A stretch of DNA of 64,000 bases from Alphaproteobacteria bacterium (GCA_964291395.2 OZ219856.1:192001-256000); one strand, 5' to 3'. Counted from the stretch's first letter, positions 42,322 to 52,839 are shown. A program made the numbers and translations. Notes: generated by a model not told the origin, from the letters alone.

Positions 42322-43515
42322 TCAGTCCGGCAACGACGGGAGACAGCGTCTGTAGAGGTACTGAACGCTGGCGCCGCCCGAAGTGCGCCATACCTTGATC
42401 TCCTCCGATCCCGACTTGTACCAGGACTTCTCGGCGTCGCGGACGACACAGCCGTGCGGTTCGAGTTTATCTGCGAGCTCCTCTACGTCGCTTATCTCAT
42501 CGTCGGTGACGATTTCGGGAGTTGCGAAGACCATCCGGTAGTGTTTTCTGGACGTGAGGATTTCACCGTGATCGCCTGCCTTTCCTTCGGCAATTAGACC
42601 GAGCACCTTCCAGTCATCCCATTTGAGATAATCGGCGACCGCGGCAGGAGACGGAAATACGCCGCCCGTGCTCGCAAGCAGGTCCTTCAAACACTCGATC
42701 AGGTGATAGTCGTAGATGGTCCGCGTCTTGTGGAAATAGAGCTGCGTAAACATCATAAAGCGAGCGATCAGCAGTCCTTCGACAGCATGGACGCCGTCCT
42801 CCTCGACGCCGATGTGGTGACCTTCCGTTTCAGGGTCTGGGCAGAGGCGCAAGGTATGGACCACTCTGTCTAGGTCGTATCGCCCGTACTGCACGCCGGC
42901 GTGATAGGCATCGCGCAGTAGGTAATCCATCCGATCGGCATCCATCTGTCCGGAGACGAGGTCCTTCCAAACCAACACACCTGCCGAGTGAGCCGGTGTC
43001 TCAAAGATTTCGAGAATGTCCTTGACGTGAATCCCGTTTGCTCTCGACTCCGGGTGGTTCTCGATTAGATCGTTCAGACACAGTCTCAACGCTGCGGCCG
43101 AGTAGTCCTCGTGCTCGTATCGGTTGGAACTGCCGGGCTTGAGGGGCAGGAGTTCCTCGGCCGCATGTGAGAACGGACCGTGACCAAGATCGTGCAGCAA
43201 GGCTGCTAGGCGCATAATTCTCCTCTGGCGCCCCAAGCTGGCGTCGTCAAATCCGTAATCTCCGCTGCAAAGGACGTTCCGGCTTCGGCGCAGCAACGCG
43301 TCGAACATTCGTGATGCGACGTGCATGACGCCGAGCGAATGCCCGAATCGGGCATGTGTCGCGCCAGGATAGACCATGTCGGTCCAGCCGAGTTGACGAA
43401 TCCTGCGGAGTCGCTGAAAAACCGGTTGGTTGATCACGTCCCATTCGAGTTGATTCAGGCGAATGAATCCGTGAACGGGATCCCGGATCTCATACGGCTC
43501 TAACGGGTCGCTCAC
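42322..43515 (-). CDS. HD-domain phosphohydrolase (YwfO/SAMHD1-like dNTPase fold), probable frameshift near 3' end
   Basis: RDPVHG, FQRLRRIRQLG, HARFGHSLG, LLHDLGHGPFSH, DADRMDYLLRD, YFHK. Confidence 0.9.
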   Translation of the reverse strand: MSDPLEPYEIRDPVHGFIRLNQLEWDVINQPVFQRLRRIRQLGWTDMVYPGATHARFGHSLGVMHVASRMFDALLRRSRNVLCSGDYGFDDASLGRQRRIMRLAALLHDLGHGPFSHAAEELLPLKPGSSNRYEHEDYSAAALRLCLNDLIENHPESRANGIHVKDILEIFETPAHSAGVLVWKDLVSGQMDADRMDYLLRDAYHAGVQYGRYDLDRVVHTLRLCPDPETEGHHIGVEEDGVHAVEGLLIARFMMFTQLYFHKTRTIYDYHLIECLKDLLASTGGVFPSPAAVADYLKWDDWKVLGLIAEGKAGDHGEILTSRKHYRMVFATPEIVTDDEISDVEELADKLEPHGCVVRDAEKSWYKSGSEEIKVWRTSGGASVQYLYRRCLPSLPD

Positions 43516-43545
43516 GCTACTTCCCAGGGAAACACCTAGCAACCA

Positions 43546-43574
43546 AATTTGTTCACGATTTGTACCAATGTCAA
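43546..43574 (-). promoter_or_regulatory. candidate sigma70 promoter for HD gene
   Basis: TTGACA-17 bp-CAAATT, about 30 bp before the GTG start. Confidence 0.4.
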
Positions 43575-43689
43575 GATACAAGATGTTGAGGTCACAGCTA
43601 TCACGACTGCCAATTTGTAGCAATCCGCGTCAAGTGACCGACACGGAAACGGTTGATGCCGTTCTCGATGTTTTCGGACCGGCCGATCA

Positions 43690-45006
43690 TCAACCGAACA
43701 GCACTTCCGGCAGCCACAAGGCCAGTTGCGGAAACATCAGGAGGCAGCTCAGGCCGATGAGCTGGATCACCATGAACTGGACCATTCCGGCGTAAATGTC
43801 GCTGAGCTCCCAGCTCGGAACGACGCCCTTGATGTAGTACGCGGAGAGGGCGACCGGGGGTGACAGCCAGGCGGTCTGCAGACACACGGCAACCAGGGTG
43901 CAGAACCACAGAATGTCGATTCCGAGCGCTTTCACGAGGGGCAGCACGATCGGCACGATGATGATGACGATCGGCACCCACTCCAACGGCCAGCCCAGCA
44001 CGAAGATGAAGCCGAGCAGGGTCAGCAGGATGACCATCGGATTGAACTCCAGGCCCAGCAGGGACTCGGCGATCATCGTGGCGGTGCCGAGTCGCGAGAA
44101 CACCGCGCTGTAGAGGTTCGATCCCACCACCAGGATGGAGACCATGCTGGACGTGAGGATGGTCCGGTAGGCCGCCTGTTTCAGACCCTCGAGCGTGAAG
44201 CGCCGATAGAGGACGGTCAGCACGAAGGCGCCGAAGGCGCCCATCGCCGCGGCGTCGGTCGGGGTCGCGAGACCCCCCAGGATGCTGCCGAGCACGGCCA
44301 GAATCAGTACCGCGAGGGGAATGATCCCGAAGAACAGCTCCCGGACCATCTCGAGGGCCGACTTCGCCCGCTCTTCGACCGGCAGGGCCGGGCCCAGGGC
44401 GGGATTGACGTAGCTGCGAATCAGGGCGTAGGCGGTATACAGCCCGGCCAGGACCAACCCCGGCATGACGGCGGCGGCAAACAAGTCCGTGATCGGGACA
44501 CCGACGATGGGCCCCATCACGACCAGCATGACGCTCGGCGGGATAAGCATGCCGAGCGTCCCGCCCGCGGCGATCGCGCCCGCGCTCAGGCGGATGCTGT
44601 AGCCGCTTCTCTCCATTACCGGGCCGGCCATCACGCCGAGGATCGTCACCGATGCGCCCACGACGCCCGTGGCGGCGGCGAACAGCGTGGCCGTCGCCAG
44701 GACGGCGATGTAGAGAGAGCCCTGGATCCCCGCGAGCAGCAGCCGGAAGCCGTTGAACAACCGGTTCATCAGCCCCGCCTGTTCCAGGAGATAGCCCATG
44801 AAGAGGAACAGCGGCACGGCGGCGAACAGCGGCTCGCTCATTACCTGAAAGGCGTGCAGGACCATCAGATAGAACACCGGGGCGCCGAACCCGATGACGC
44901 CGAAGACGATCCCGAGGAAGATCAACGTGAACGAAATCGGAAAACCGACGCAGATGCCGATGAATAGAGCGGCGAGCGAGACGAGTCCGAGGGTCTCGGA
45001 ACTCAT
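43690..45006 (-). CDS. dctM: TRAP transporter large permease
   Basis: AVPLFLFMG, GGTLGMLIPPS, ATPT, LSPPV. Confidence 0.93.
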   Translation of the reverse strand: MSSETLGLVSLAALFIGICVGFPISFTLIFLGIVFGVIGFGAPVFYLMVLHAFQVMSEPLFAAVPLFLFMGYLLEQAGLMNRLFNGFRLLLAGIQGSLYIAVLATATLFAAATGVVGASVTILGVMAGPVMERSGYSIRLSAGAIAAGGTLGMLIPPSVMLVVMGPIVGVPITDLFAAAVMPGLVLAGLYTAYALIRSYVNPALGPALPVEERAKSALEMVRELFFGIIPLAVLILAVLGSILGGLATPTDAAAMGAFGAFVLTVLYRRFTLEGLKQAAYRTILTSSMVSILVVGSNLYSAVFSRLGTATMIAESLLGLEFNPMVILLTLLGFIFVLGWPLEWVPIVIIIVPIVLPLVKALGIDILWFCTLVAVCLQTAWLSPPVALSAYYIKGVVPSWELSDIYAGMVQFMVIQLIGLSCLLMFPQLALWLPEVLFG

Positions 45007-45542
45007 GACGGCCACTCCCCCTTGATGGCGGCGTACATGCTTTTGATGAACTCCGAGACGCCTTGCATTATCAGCATGGCCCCGGTCACCGGAATGACCG
45101 TCTTGAAGGGATAGAGCGGCGGCGCCCAGGGGCCGGTGATGCCGACCTCTCTCTGCTCCCACGAGACCGAGGCGAAATCGTAGCCGGCCCAGGTGAACAA
45201 GCCGATCGCGGGAAAATACAGGCAGGCGTAGAGCGTCGCATCCACGATTCCCTGCCACCGCGGCGACCAATTTTGGTACAGGAAGTCGGTACGGACGTGC
45301 GCCTGGCGCACCGACGTGAAGGCGGCGCCCAGCATGAAGTGGGAGCCGTAGATCATGTAGGTCGCGTCGTAGGCCCAGACGGTCGGCGCATCGAAGAGAT
45401 AGCGGGCGAAGACCTCGTAGACCAGGCAGAGGACCATCGGGACGATGAGCCAGCAAAAGAGCTTCCCCGACCAGACGCTGATCGTGTCGATGGCCAGGAC
45501 GACGAGGCGGATCGTCGGCGGCAGGGATTGGTAAGAGGTCAT
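45003..45542 (-). CDS. dctQ: TRAP transporter small permease
   Basis: EVFARY, HVRTD, 4 TM helices. Confidence 0.92.
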   Translation of the reverse strand: MTSYQSLPPTIRLVVLAIDTISVWSGKLFCWLIVPMVLCLVYEVFARYLFDAPTVWAYDATYMIYGSHFMLGAAFTSVRQAHVRTDFLYQNWSPRWQGIVDATLYACLYFPAIGLFTWAGYDFASVSWEQREVGITGPWAPPLYPFKTVIPVTGAMLIMQGVSEFIKSMYAAIKGEWPS

Positions 45543-45656
45543 GTCGAACCCGCCCGCAGCACCTTACCCATGCGCGCCGCTTTCCTGATCAAACGGGACT
45601 GAAACACTCGAACGGGCGAGAACAAAGTGCGTGGCTACAATCCGTATCCGGCGTAT

Positions 45657-45698
45657 CGGGTGCGGGCGGCGGACCGGCCGGTCCCCCACCCGCACCCG
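45657..45698. other. intercistronic stem-loop between dctP and dctQ
   Basis: CGGGTGCGGG ... CCCGCACCCG perfect 10-bp stem with inner GGACC/GGTCC pairing. Confidence 0.55.
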
Positions 45699-45741
45699 GA
45701 TCCTACGGGATCACGCCAAAGCACGCTTCATCACGCTTCCG

Positions 45742-46851
45742 CTAGTTCTTCGCAAGCGCGGCTTCGCCCATGGACGCGTAAAGCGCAAGCAGTTTCGTCC
45801 AGTACGGTACGACCACCTTGGCGAACTCTTCCTGCGATTCCGCAACCTTCTTGAAGAAGGGGTCCGCCGCCTTGTGTTTGGCCATCACTTCCTCCGACGC
45901 CGCGGCGAACGCGGCGAACAGATCCGGCGGCGTGTCGTACACCTTGACCCCATGCTTTTCCTGCAGTTCGTTCAAGGCGACCGCGTTCCGGTAGATGTTG
46001 CCGGTCAGCGTCGTCGTGATCGTCGCCAATGTCGCGGTCTCGATGATGGCCTGGAGATCGTCCGGAAGCTTGTTCCAGAAGTCCTTGTTGATGATCAGCT
46101 CGGTGATGTCCGTCGCCTGGTGAAAACCCTGCAGATAGTAGTTCTTCCAGATGTCCTGCAGCCCGAGATTGATGTCCTCGCCGGGATTGATCCACTCGGC
46201 CGCGTCGATGACGCCGCGTTCCGCCGATGGAACGATCTCGCCGCCGGGCAGCGCCACCGCGGTTATTCCCATCGTCGTAAACAGCTCACCGGTGATGCCC
46301 GGCGGAGACCGGTACTTGAGCTTCTGGAAATCCTCCAGGTTCTCGATCGGGTTCTTGAACCAGCCGAGCGGTTGTCCACCCGACAGCAAGGTGATGAACG
46401 GAACGATGTTGACCTTCAAATGATCGTCGTGCATCTCCCTGTAGAGCTCGTTTCCGTCACCTTCCAGAAACCATGCGACGGCGCCCAACTGGTCCAGTCC
46501 GCCGACCGCCGGCTGGTCGGCGAACAGGTAGGCGGCCGACACCTTGCCCGAGTGGAAATGCGCTCCCGTGACGCCGGCTTCGACGATACCCTGATGCACT
46601 GCGGTCAAGGTCTCGGTAAAGCCGACCACGGCGCCCACGGGCAGCATCTCGACGTCCAGTCTTCCGCCGGACATCCTGTTGATACGCTTTTCCATGTCCT
46701 GCAGCATGCCGAAATACATGCTGGCCGACGGAAAGATGGTTTGGACACGCATCTTGATGGCATCGGCAGCCTGGGCGGTGCCGACCGCGCCTACCACAAT
46801 AGGTAAAGCCAGCGCCGCCGCGAGGGCTGACGCCAATAATTGCCTTTTCAT
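45742..46851 (-). CDS. dctP: TRAP substrate-binding protein (TakP-like)
   Basis: Signal peptide, MSGGRL, GWF, LKYR, ERGVIDAAEW. Confidence 0.92.
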   Translation of the reverse strand: MKRQLLASALAAALALPIVVGAVGTAQAADAIKMRVQTIFPSASMYFGMLQDMEKRINRMSGGRLDVEMLPVGAVVGFTETLTAVHQGIVEAGVTGAHFHSGKVSAAYLFADQPAVGGLDQLGAVAWFLEGDGNELYREMHDDHLKVNIVPFITLLSGGQPLGWFKNPIENLEDFQKLKYRSPPGITGELFTTMGITAVALPGGEIVPSAERGVIDAAEWINPGEDINLGLQDIWKNYYLQGFHQATDITELIINKDFWNKLPDDLQAIIETATLATITTTLTGNIYRNAVALNELQEKHGVKVYDTPPDLFAAFAAASEEVMAKHKAADPFFKKVAESQEEFAKVVVPYWTKLLALYASMGEAALAKN

Positions 46852-47143
46852 GATTTCATCCTCCCCATGGCAAGGTTCTTTCCACTTGCCAAATCATTGG
46901 TACTCGCCAACTACCAGAGGACTGAAATAGTAGCGGAAGCGGGTGTCCGTCCCAACCGCTATTTGCGGGATCCCATCTCGAGTGCCGTGGGGTTGGCCTT
47001 CGGAGGCTCGATTTTGCTTTCGAGGGTTTCCGACCGATCGAACCGGATCACGTCCGCCGAGCACCACACCCGAAACCGAGCTGCGTCAGGTCCGGCAACG
47101 GCCTTGGACGGCGAGCCGCGCGGTCGTCCGTAGGCGCCCCGAT

Positions 47144-48868
47144 TCAATCCGCGCGCTTCGAAGCGTTGTACCCGTAGTCCCGCTTGGCGCCCTCCTCGGT
47201 GATGAAACCGTCCGCAAGATCTTCCTCGATCTTCGCGGGGTCCCGCTCTCCCGGATCGCCGTAACCGCCGGCGCCGCTGAGACGCCAGCTCACGACGTCG
47301 CCCTTCTTGAGCATGCGGGTCTCCTTGGAACCGAGCGCAATCGCGCCGTCGTCGGAATTGAGGATGGTTTCGGCCAAACGCCCGGGCTTGCCGCCGAACA
47401 GACCGTAGGGTTGGTGCACATGGCGATCGCCGAGATTGCAAAGGCTGGCACCGGAATTGAGAAGTTCGACGTCCTTGCGCACGCCGCAGCCCCCTCGGAA
47501 TTTGCCCGCACCGGCGGAATCGGCGATGAATCCGAGATGACGAATGCGAATTGGATTGCGTGCCTCCAGTATCTCCACGGGAATGTTCGTGCAATTCATC
47601 ACCGGAGAGAGGCCTTCGACGCCGTCCCTCCTTGATTGGGCGCCCAACCCGCCGAAAATCATGTCGTAATAGAGGAAATTCTCCCCCGTGCGGTCGTCCA
47701 TCCCGCCGACATTCGGGTTGGAAAAATGGGAGAACGCGGCGATCGCCTTTTCCGGTACGATCGGCGCGAGGGCGCCTACGACCACCTCGAAGATGCGCTG
47801 CGGGTTGGCTGACCTTCCGCCGCTCGGCGCGGGATAAACGGCATTGAAATAGGAGCCCTCGCGCGCGATGGCCTGGAGCGGTTTCGCCGAGCCGTGGTTC
47901 TGAGGCACCAGCGCTTCGGACATGATCTTGGCGGCAAAGGTCGAGTAGGCACGGGTGTAGTTGATGTAGCAGTTGATCCCTGCGGGGACCTGATCGCTGC
48001 TGCCGGAAAAATCGATCAACAGGTCGTCGCCCTTGATCGTCACCTCCACGTGGAACCGGATGGGGTCGGAACCCGGTCCGTGATCGTCCATGAAGTCCTC
48101 GAACGTGTAGGTCCCGTCGGGCAGTTCGCGGATGCGGTCCCGCATGCGCTTCTCGGAGTGCTCCAAAATCTCCTCGATAACGCCTTCGATCAGGTCCGTG
48201 CCGTATTCTCGATAGAGACCGGCGAGGCGCCGCCCGCCAACGTGGTTGGCGTTGCGTTGTGCCTGCAAATCGCCGCGCACCTTGTCGGGGAAGCGCACAT
48301 TGCCGAGGATCAAGCGCAAGAGGTCCGGCTCGAACTCGCCTTCGCGGATCAGTTTTATGGGCCGGATGCGCAGGCCCTCCTGAACCGCCTCGCTGACACC
48401 ACGAACCTCCTGCGAGCCGGGATGGGGGCCGCCGACGTCCACGTGGTGTGCCGTATTGCACGCAAAACCGATGAGCCGCCCGTCGTCGAATGCCGGCGTC
48501 ACCATGAAGCAGTCGGGGAAATGCCCCGAACCGATGCGGGAGTCATTGACGAAGATCGAATCCCCCGGACGCAGCGTCTCGGGCGGAAAGAAGTCGAGAA
48601 CCGTCATCACGACGTAGGGCATGGCGCCCGTATGGCCGGGAGTGAAGTTGCCCTGGGCGACGAGCCGGCCGTGGCGGTCGAACAGGCCCGTCGAAAAATC
48701 ATCGCCTTCGCGCACCGCTTCGGAAAACGCGGTTCGCCTCAGGGTGCTCCCCATTTCCTCGGCGACGGAGAGAAGCCGGCCCCACAAAACCGACAGCGTG
48801 ACCGGGTCGACCGCCGGGCGATTTGATCCCCGGCTTTTCGAAGATTGGGGCGCGTCGTTCATCGTCAA
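47144..48868 (-). CDS. hydantoinase B/oxoprolinase family protein
   Basis: DPVTL, RTAFS..REGDDFS, HHVDVGG, GAGKFRGG, GAGGYGDP. Confidence 0.92.
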   Translation of the reverse strand: MTMNDAPQSSKSRGSNRPAVDPVTLSVLWGRLLSVAEEMGSTLRRTAFSEAVREGDDFSTGLFDRHGRLVAQGNFTPGHTGAMPYVVMTVLDFFPPETLRPGDSIFVNDSRIGSGHFPDCFMVTPAFDDGRLIGFACNTAHHVDVGGPHPGSQEVRGVSEAVQEGLRIRPIKLIREGEFEPDLLRLILGNVRFPDKVRGDLQAQRNANHVGGRRLAGLYREYGTDLIEGVIEEILEHSEKRMRDRIRELPDGTYTFEDFMDDHGPGSDPIRFHVEVTIKGDDLLIDFSGSSDQVPAGINCYINYTRAYSTFAAKIMSEALVPQNHGSAKPLQAIAREGSYFNAVYPAPSGGRSANPQRIFEVVVGALAPIVPEKAIAAFSHFSNPNVGGMDDRTGENFLYYDMIFGGLGAQSRRDGVEGLSPVMNCTNIPVEILEARNPIRIRHLGFIADSAGAGKFRGGCGVRKDVELLNSGASLCNLGDRHVHQPYGLFGGKPGRLAETILNSDDGAIALGSKETRMLKKGDVVSWRLSGAGGYGDPGERDPAKIEEDLADGFITEEGAKRDYGYNASKRAD

Positions 48869-50946
48869 CTCTCCAGGGAAACCGTGATGATCAAATGACC
48901 TCGCGGCGATATGCGGGCATTGTCCCCCGGCAGCACGACCGTCGTCGAATCGCGCTCCTCGATGATCGCCGGTCCGGCCACCTCATCGCCCGGCGCCAGG
49001 CGAAAACGGTTGACCACACGGCACGGAACGAATCCCCCGGCTTCTTCGAAGTAAGCTTGCCGTTCGCCGTCGTCGGGCGCCGCCGACATCTCGCCATCGT
49101 CACCGAGAACCGTGGGTTCCCCGTCGACCGAGGCCGGTATGACGGCCGCCAGGCACCAGTCCACGGCTTCGATGCCCGCCTCCTCGTCGCGATAATCGAA
49201 ATTACGTTCGTAGGCTTCGTGGAACGCGCATGCAACGCGGTCCGCATAGCCTTCCGCAATCGGCCCGTCCGGCAGATCGACCTTGATCTCGAACCCTTGT
49301 CCCAAGTAGCGCAAGTAGGCGTATCGGGACCAGACGAGCGGTCGGTCGCTGCGCAGCCGGGCCACGTCCTCGGCGGCGCGGGCCTCCAGTTCCCGGTAGA
49401 TATCGGCGATGCGGCGATCGCTCTCGCCGTCGAGAGCAAAGATCCTCGATACCGATACGTCGATACGCGAATCGGCGTTCAGCAACCCGATGGCCGAACC
49501 GACGCCCGCGCCCTGCGGCACCACGACTGTCGGAATGTTCAGGGAACGGGCCAGGCGCGCGGCGTGCAGCGGGCCCGCGCCACCGAAGGCGACCAGGGCG
49601 TAGTTGCGGGGATCTCGGCCACGCTCCACCGAGATGACCCGCATGGCCCGTTCCATGTTGCCGTTGGCGACGGCGTGGATGCCCCACGCGGCTTCCCCCG
49701 CTGACAGACCGAGAGGCTTGGCCACGGCGGTTTCGATGCCCGTGGCGGCCGCGGCGGCGTCGATCCGCATGGCGCCGCCGTTGAAGTAATCCGCGTTGAG
49801 GTATCCCATGACCAAGTTGGCATCGGTCACCGTCGGCCGGGTGCCGCCGGCGCCGTAACACATGGGCCCGGGGTCGGCGCCGGCGCTTTGCGGACCCACC
49901 TCGATAAGGCCACCGTCGGCGCGGGCGATGCTGCCGCCGCCGGCGCCTATTTCCAGAAGCTCGACCGCCGCGATGTTGAGAGGAAGACCGCTGAACTTGC
50001 GATAGTGTATCGCGCCGACCTCGAATTCCGACGTGATGGCGGGTTCGCCGTCGTCGATCGCTCCCATCTTCGCGGTGGTGCCCCCCATGTCGAGGGTCAG
50101 CACGTGATCGAAACCTTCTTCGCGGCCGACGACGCCGCACATCAGCACACCTGCGGCCGGTCCCGATTCCACGATGCGCACGGGGTATTCCTTGGCCAGA
50201 TCCGTCGACACCAGACCGCCGTTGGACTGCATGACGAGGAGGTCCGGTTCGATGTCGGCGGCGTGGAGAGAATTCTCGAGATCGGTCAGATAGCGTTCGA
50301 CGATAGGCTTGACATAAGCATTGGCGACCGTTGTGCTGACTCGCTCGTATTCGCGAATCCTCGCCGAGACCTTGGAAGACAAGGAAATACTCACCCCGGG
50401 CGCTCGCTCCAGCACCCGCGCGGCCACGGCTTCCTCATGCGCGGAGTTGGCGTAGGCGTGCAGCAAACACACGGCAATGGATTCGACTCCCGCCGCCAAC
50501 AGGCCCTGCGCGGACTCGTCCACGCTTTCCAATGCCAGCGGCTCGACGACCGTCCCGTCGAAGGCGATGCGTTCATTCACCTCGGCGATGTAGCGCCGTT
50601 TGGTCAACGGTTCCGGCTTGCCCATGTACATGTCATAGGTGTCGTAACGCTTTTGCCGACCGAGCAGCAGCACGTCGCGGAAGCCTTTCGTGGTGAGGAC
50701 GCCCGTGCGGCTGCCCTTGTTCTCGAGAATTGCGTTGGTCGCGATGGTCGTGGCGTGGAACACCGAATCCACGTCTGGCGCCTCGGTACCGCAGCGCCGC
50801 AACAACACCGACAAGCCGTCCATGACGGCGCGCGACAATTCAGCCGGAGTGCTGGGAATCTTGTGCGCGACCATGCGCCCGGTCCGCGTGTCCTGCAGCA
50901 CCAGGTCGGTGAACGTTCCGCCGATGTCGAAGGCGACGCGGATCAT
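48865..50946 (-). CDS. hydantoinase A/oxoprolinase family protein
   Basis: DIGGTFTD, ESGPAAG, DMGGTT, GAGGGS, FGGAGPLHA. Confidence 0.93.
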   Translation of the reverse strand: MIRVAFDIGGTFTDLVLQDTRTGRMVAHKIPSTPAELSRAVMDGLSVLLRRCGTEAPDVDSVFHATTIATNAILENKGSRTGVLTTKGFRDVLLLGRQKRYDTYDMYMGKPEPLTKRRYIAEVNERIAFDGTVVEPLALESVDESAQGLLAAGVESIAVCLLHAYANSAHEEAVAARVLERAPGVSISLSSKVSARIREYERVSTTVANAYVKPIVERYLTDLENSLHAADIEPDLLVMQSNGGLVSTDLAKEYPVRIVESGPAAGVLMCGVVGREEGFDHVLTLDMGGTTAKMGAIDDGEPAITSEFEVGAIHYRKFSGLPLNIAAVELLEIGAGGGSIARADGGLIEVGPQSAGADPGPMCYGAGGTRPTVTDANLVMGYLNADYFNGGAMRIDAAAAATGIETAVAKPLGLSAGEAAWGIHAVANGNMERAMRVISVERGRDPRNYALVAFGGAGPLHAARLARSLNIPTVVVPQGAGVGSAIGLLNADSRIDVSVSRIFALDGESDRRIADIYRELEARAAEDVARLRSDRPLVWSRYAYLRYLGQGFEIKVDLPDGPIAEGYADRVACAFHEAYERNFDYRDEEAGIEAVDWCLAAVIPASVDGEPTVLGDDGEMSAAPDDGERQAYFEEAGGFVPCRVVNRFRLAPGDEVAGPAIIEERDSTTVVLPGDNARISPRGHLIITVSLES

Positions 50947-51207
50947 GCGCCTTCCTTCCCCGGGAGAGTCGCCTGCGCGGGAGATACGGTAGCGAGGACG
51001 GTTTTACCCCGCAAGAACTCCACGGGACGCTCCACCGTTCGCCCGACTTCGGCCGAAAGCAGCCTGCCCGCCCAGGCGAACCGTGCCGAGAATGACCGGA
51101 TGTATCGGCTACGAAACCGGATGCCTGTATTCGACGCGGCGAGCATCGCCCCCAGCCGACGGACACCGCAGCGTCGACGGCGGAAACATGAAGGGAAATT
51201 GATTGGC

Positions 51208-51305
51208 GTCCCCGAACTGCCGGGTTGCATCGCGCATGGGGACGATCAGGAAGCGGCGATGGGGCATATCAAGGCGCCATGCGATCCTGGATCGAAGTCT
51301 CGTGA
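51208..51305 (+). pseudogene. HicB antitoxin fragment
   Basis: VPELPGCIAHGDDQEAAMGHIK, then shifted frame AMRSWIEVS*; N-terminus missing. Confidence 0.7.
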
Positions 51306-52839
51306 CGCGCCCAAGAGCGAGATAGGATTCGCACCCCCGGAAGCCGATTGGGAGGCGGCCCGGGGTGAACGACTCCGACAACAGCGTCGTCCGGGCGACG
51401 CGGGGTAGCGAGCTCGGAACAGCCATCCTTCCGAATCGGCTGGGATGGCTCAAGGTGAAGGGTGATCAAGCACGCGTGCGGGAACAGCGGGGGATGGCCC
51501 TCGGAGCGGTCATGACCTCGGCTTCATGCCCTGTCTCGATTGTCGCGCAGGGGGGAATCGCGCTGAAGTCCCGACGGCTCGCAAGTGGCGGCGGAATATT
51601 GGGGAAGAGAGGCGAATCGCCGTGAAAGACGGCGGAGCGTCAAGAGCCTATGGGGGCGAGCGTTGCCACGGATTGACCGATGACGGCAGGCCTCGAGGGC
51701 GATCACCCCAGCGGTGCGAGCTCGTAGGCCGCCGTAACCAGGCAGTGTCGAGATCGCGCGTATCGGTCGGCGAACGGTTGATCGATGGTGGGACGTAGAC
51801 GGTTCCTATCGCCGGGAGTTGGAGTAACAGATACCTTCGCCGGAGACGAGCACACGGCGGGGTGCCGAGCGCGTCGTTCATGTTCGCTAAGCCACCACGC
51901 TGACCGAACCTTGGCGGGGTGTCTTCCGGCTCATGACCGCGTCACGTCCGATCCCATGGGCCATGCTCGAGTTCACGGATGTCTCCGGCTGCGGGTCCGC
52001 CTTCGTGTCCCTACCGAGGGAGGAAGCCGATCCTTTTCGCCGCGAAGGGCCGCGCGGTCCTCGTGCATGGAGTGAAGTGGATCTGAGGTCCGACTAGCAC
52101 CTCGGACTGACCGGACGGTCTGGATGCTTCCTTGCCGTTCCAACACGGCACGTATCAAGTGGCGTCCCCATTCGTAGACGTCAGGGGGCGAAGCCTTCAG
52201 CGCCGGCAGCGGCCCTGGTACGACGTAGCTCCGTGACTGGAGCTTGATACTCCCGGACGCGGGCACGGACTCTTTGCCGCCCAGACGAGGGCGTGGAGGT
52301 CCTTGGCTGGACAGAGGCCGCGTTGGACCCACAGACCGCCGCCCCGGCGGATTGTCAGACGATCGACGACGCTGCGCTCGATCGTGATGAGGCGGCAGTT
52401 GCGATGCGGGAGCTACACGGGCCGAAGCCGAGGTGGCCCATCTCGGGGATCTCAGAATGCGGACGTCGCGCACAATAAACCCGGTCAGCAAGAAAGCAAT
52501 CTGCCATAGCGGCAATAGAATGCCAGATAGTGTCCTAGGTTCCGCCGAGGAGCTTTTCCGCTCGTATGTGGGCGTGTCTCTCGAAGTGGTACAGTTGGAC
52601 CGCGAAACACAATAGCGGCATGATTTCGCGCAACAGGGCTTTATCCCGAATGCGTAGAACCGCGCTGAACGCGAAAAGGGCCTCGTGCCGTCCCCGTCCG
52701 TCAGGAAGGTCTTTCCTTACAATTCCATGGTTTGGCGACGGGTCCGAACCCATGGGCGGTCCGATCCGCCGACGGCGCCGCGTCAAGTAGTGGGAACGGA
52801 AGTGGGCACTCTATTTCAATGACGAAAGTTTTTATTTAT

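Noticed and set aside
46852-47143. 4-6 aa matches between intergenic translations and window proteins (here and in other gaps)
   Set aside because: Frequency looks compatible with chance in GC-rich sequence, unlike the adjacent 9-10 aa matches at 52123-52176
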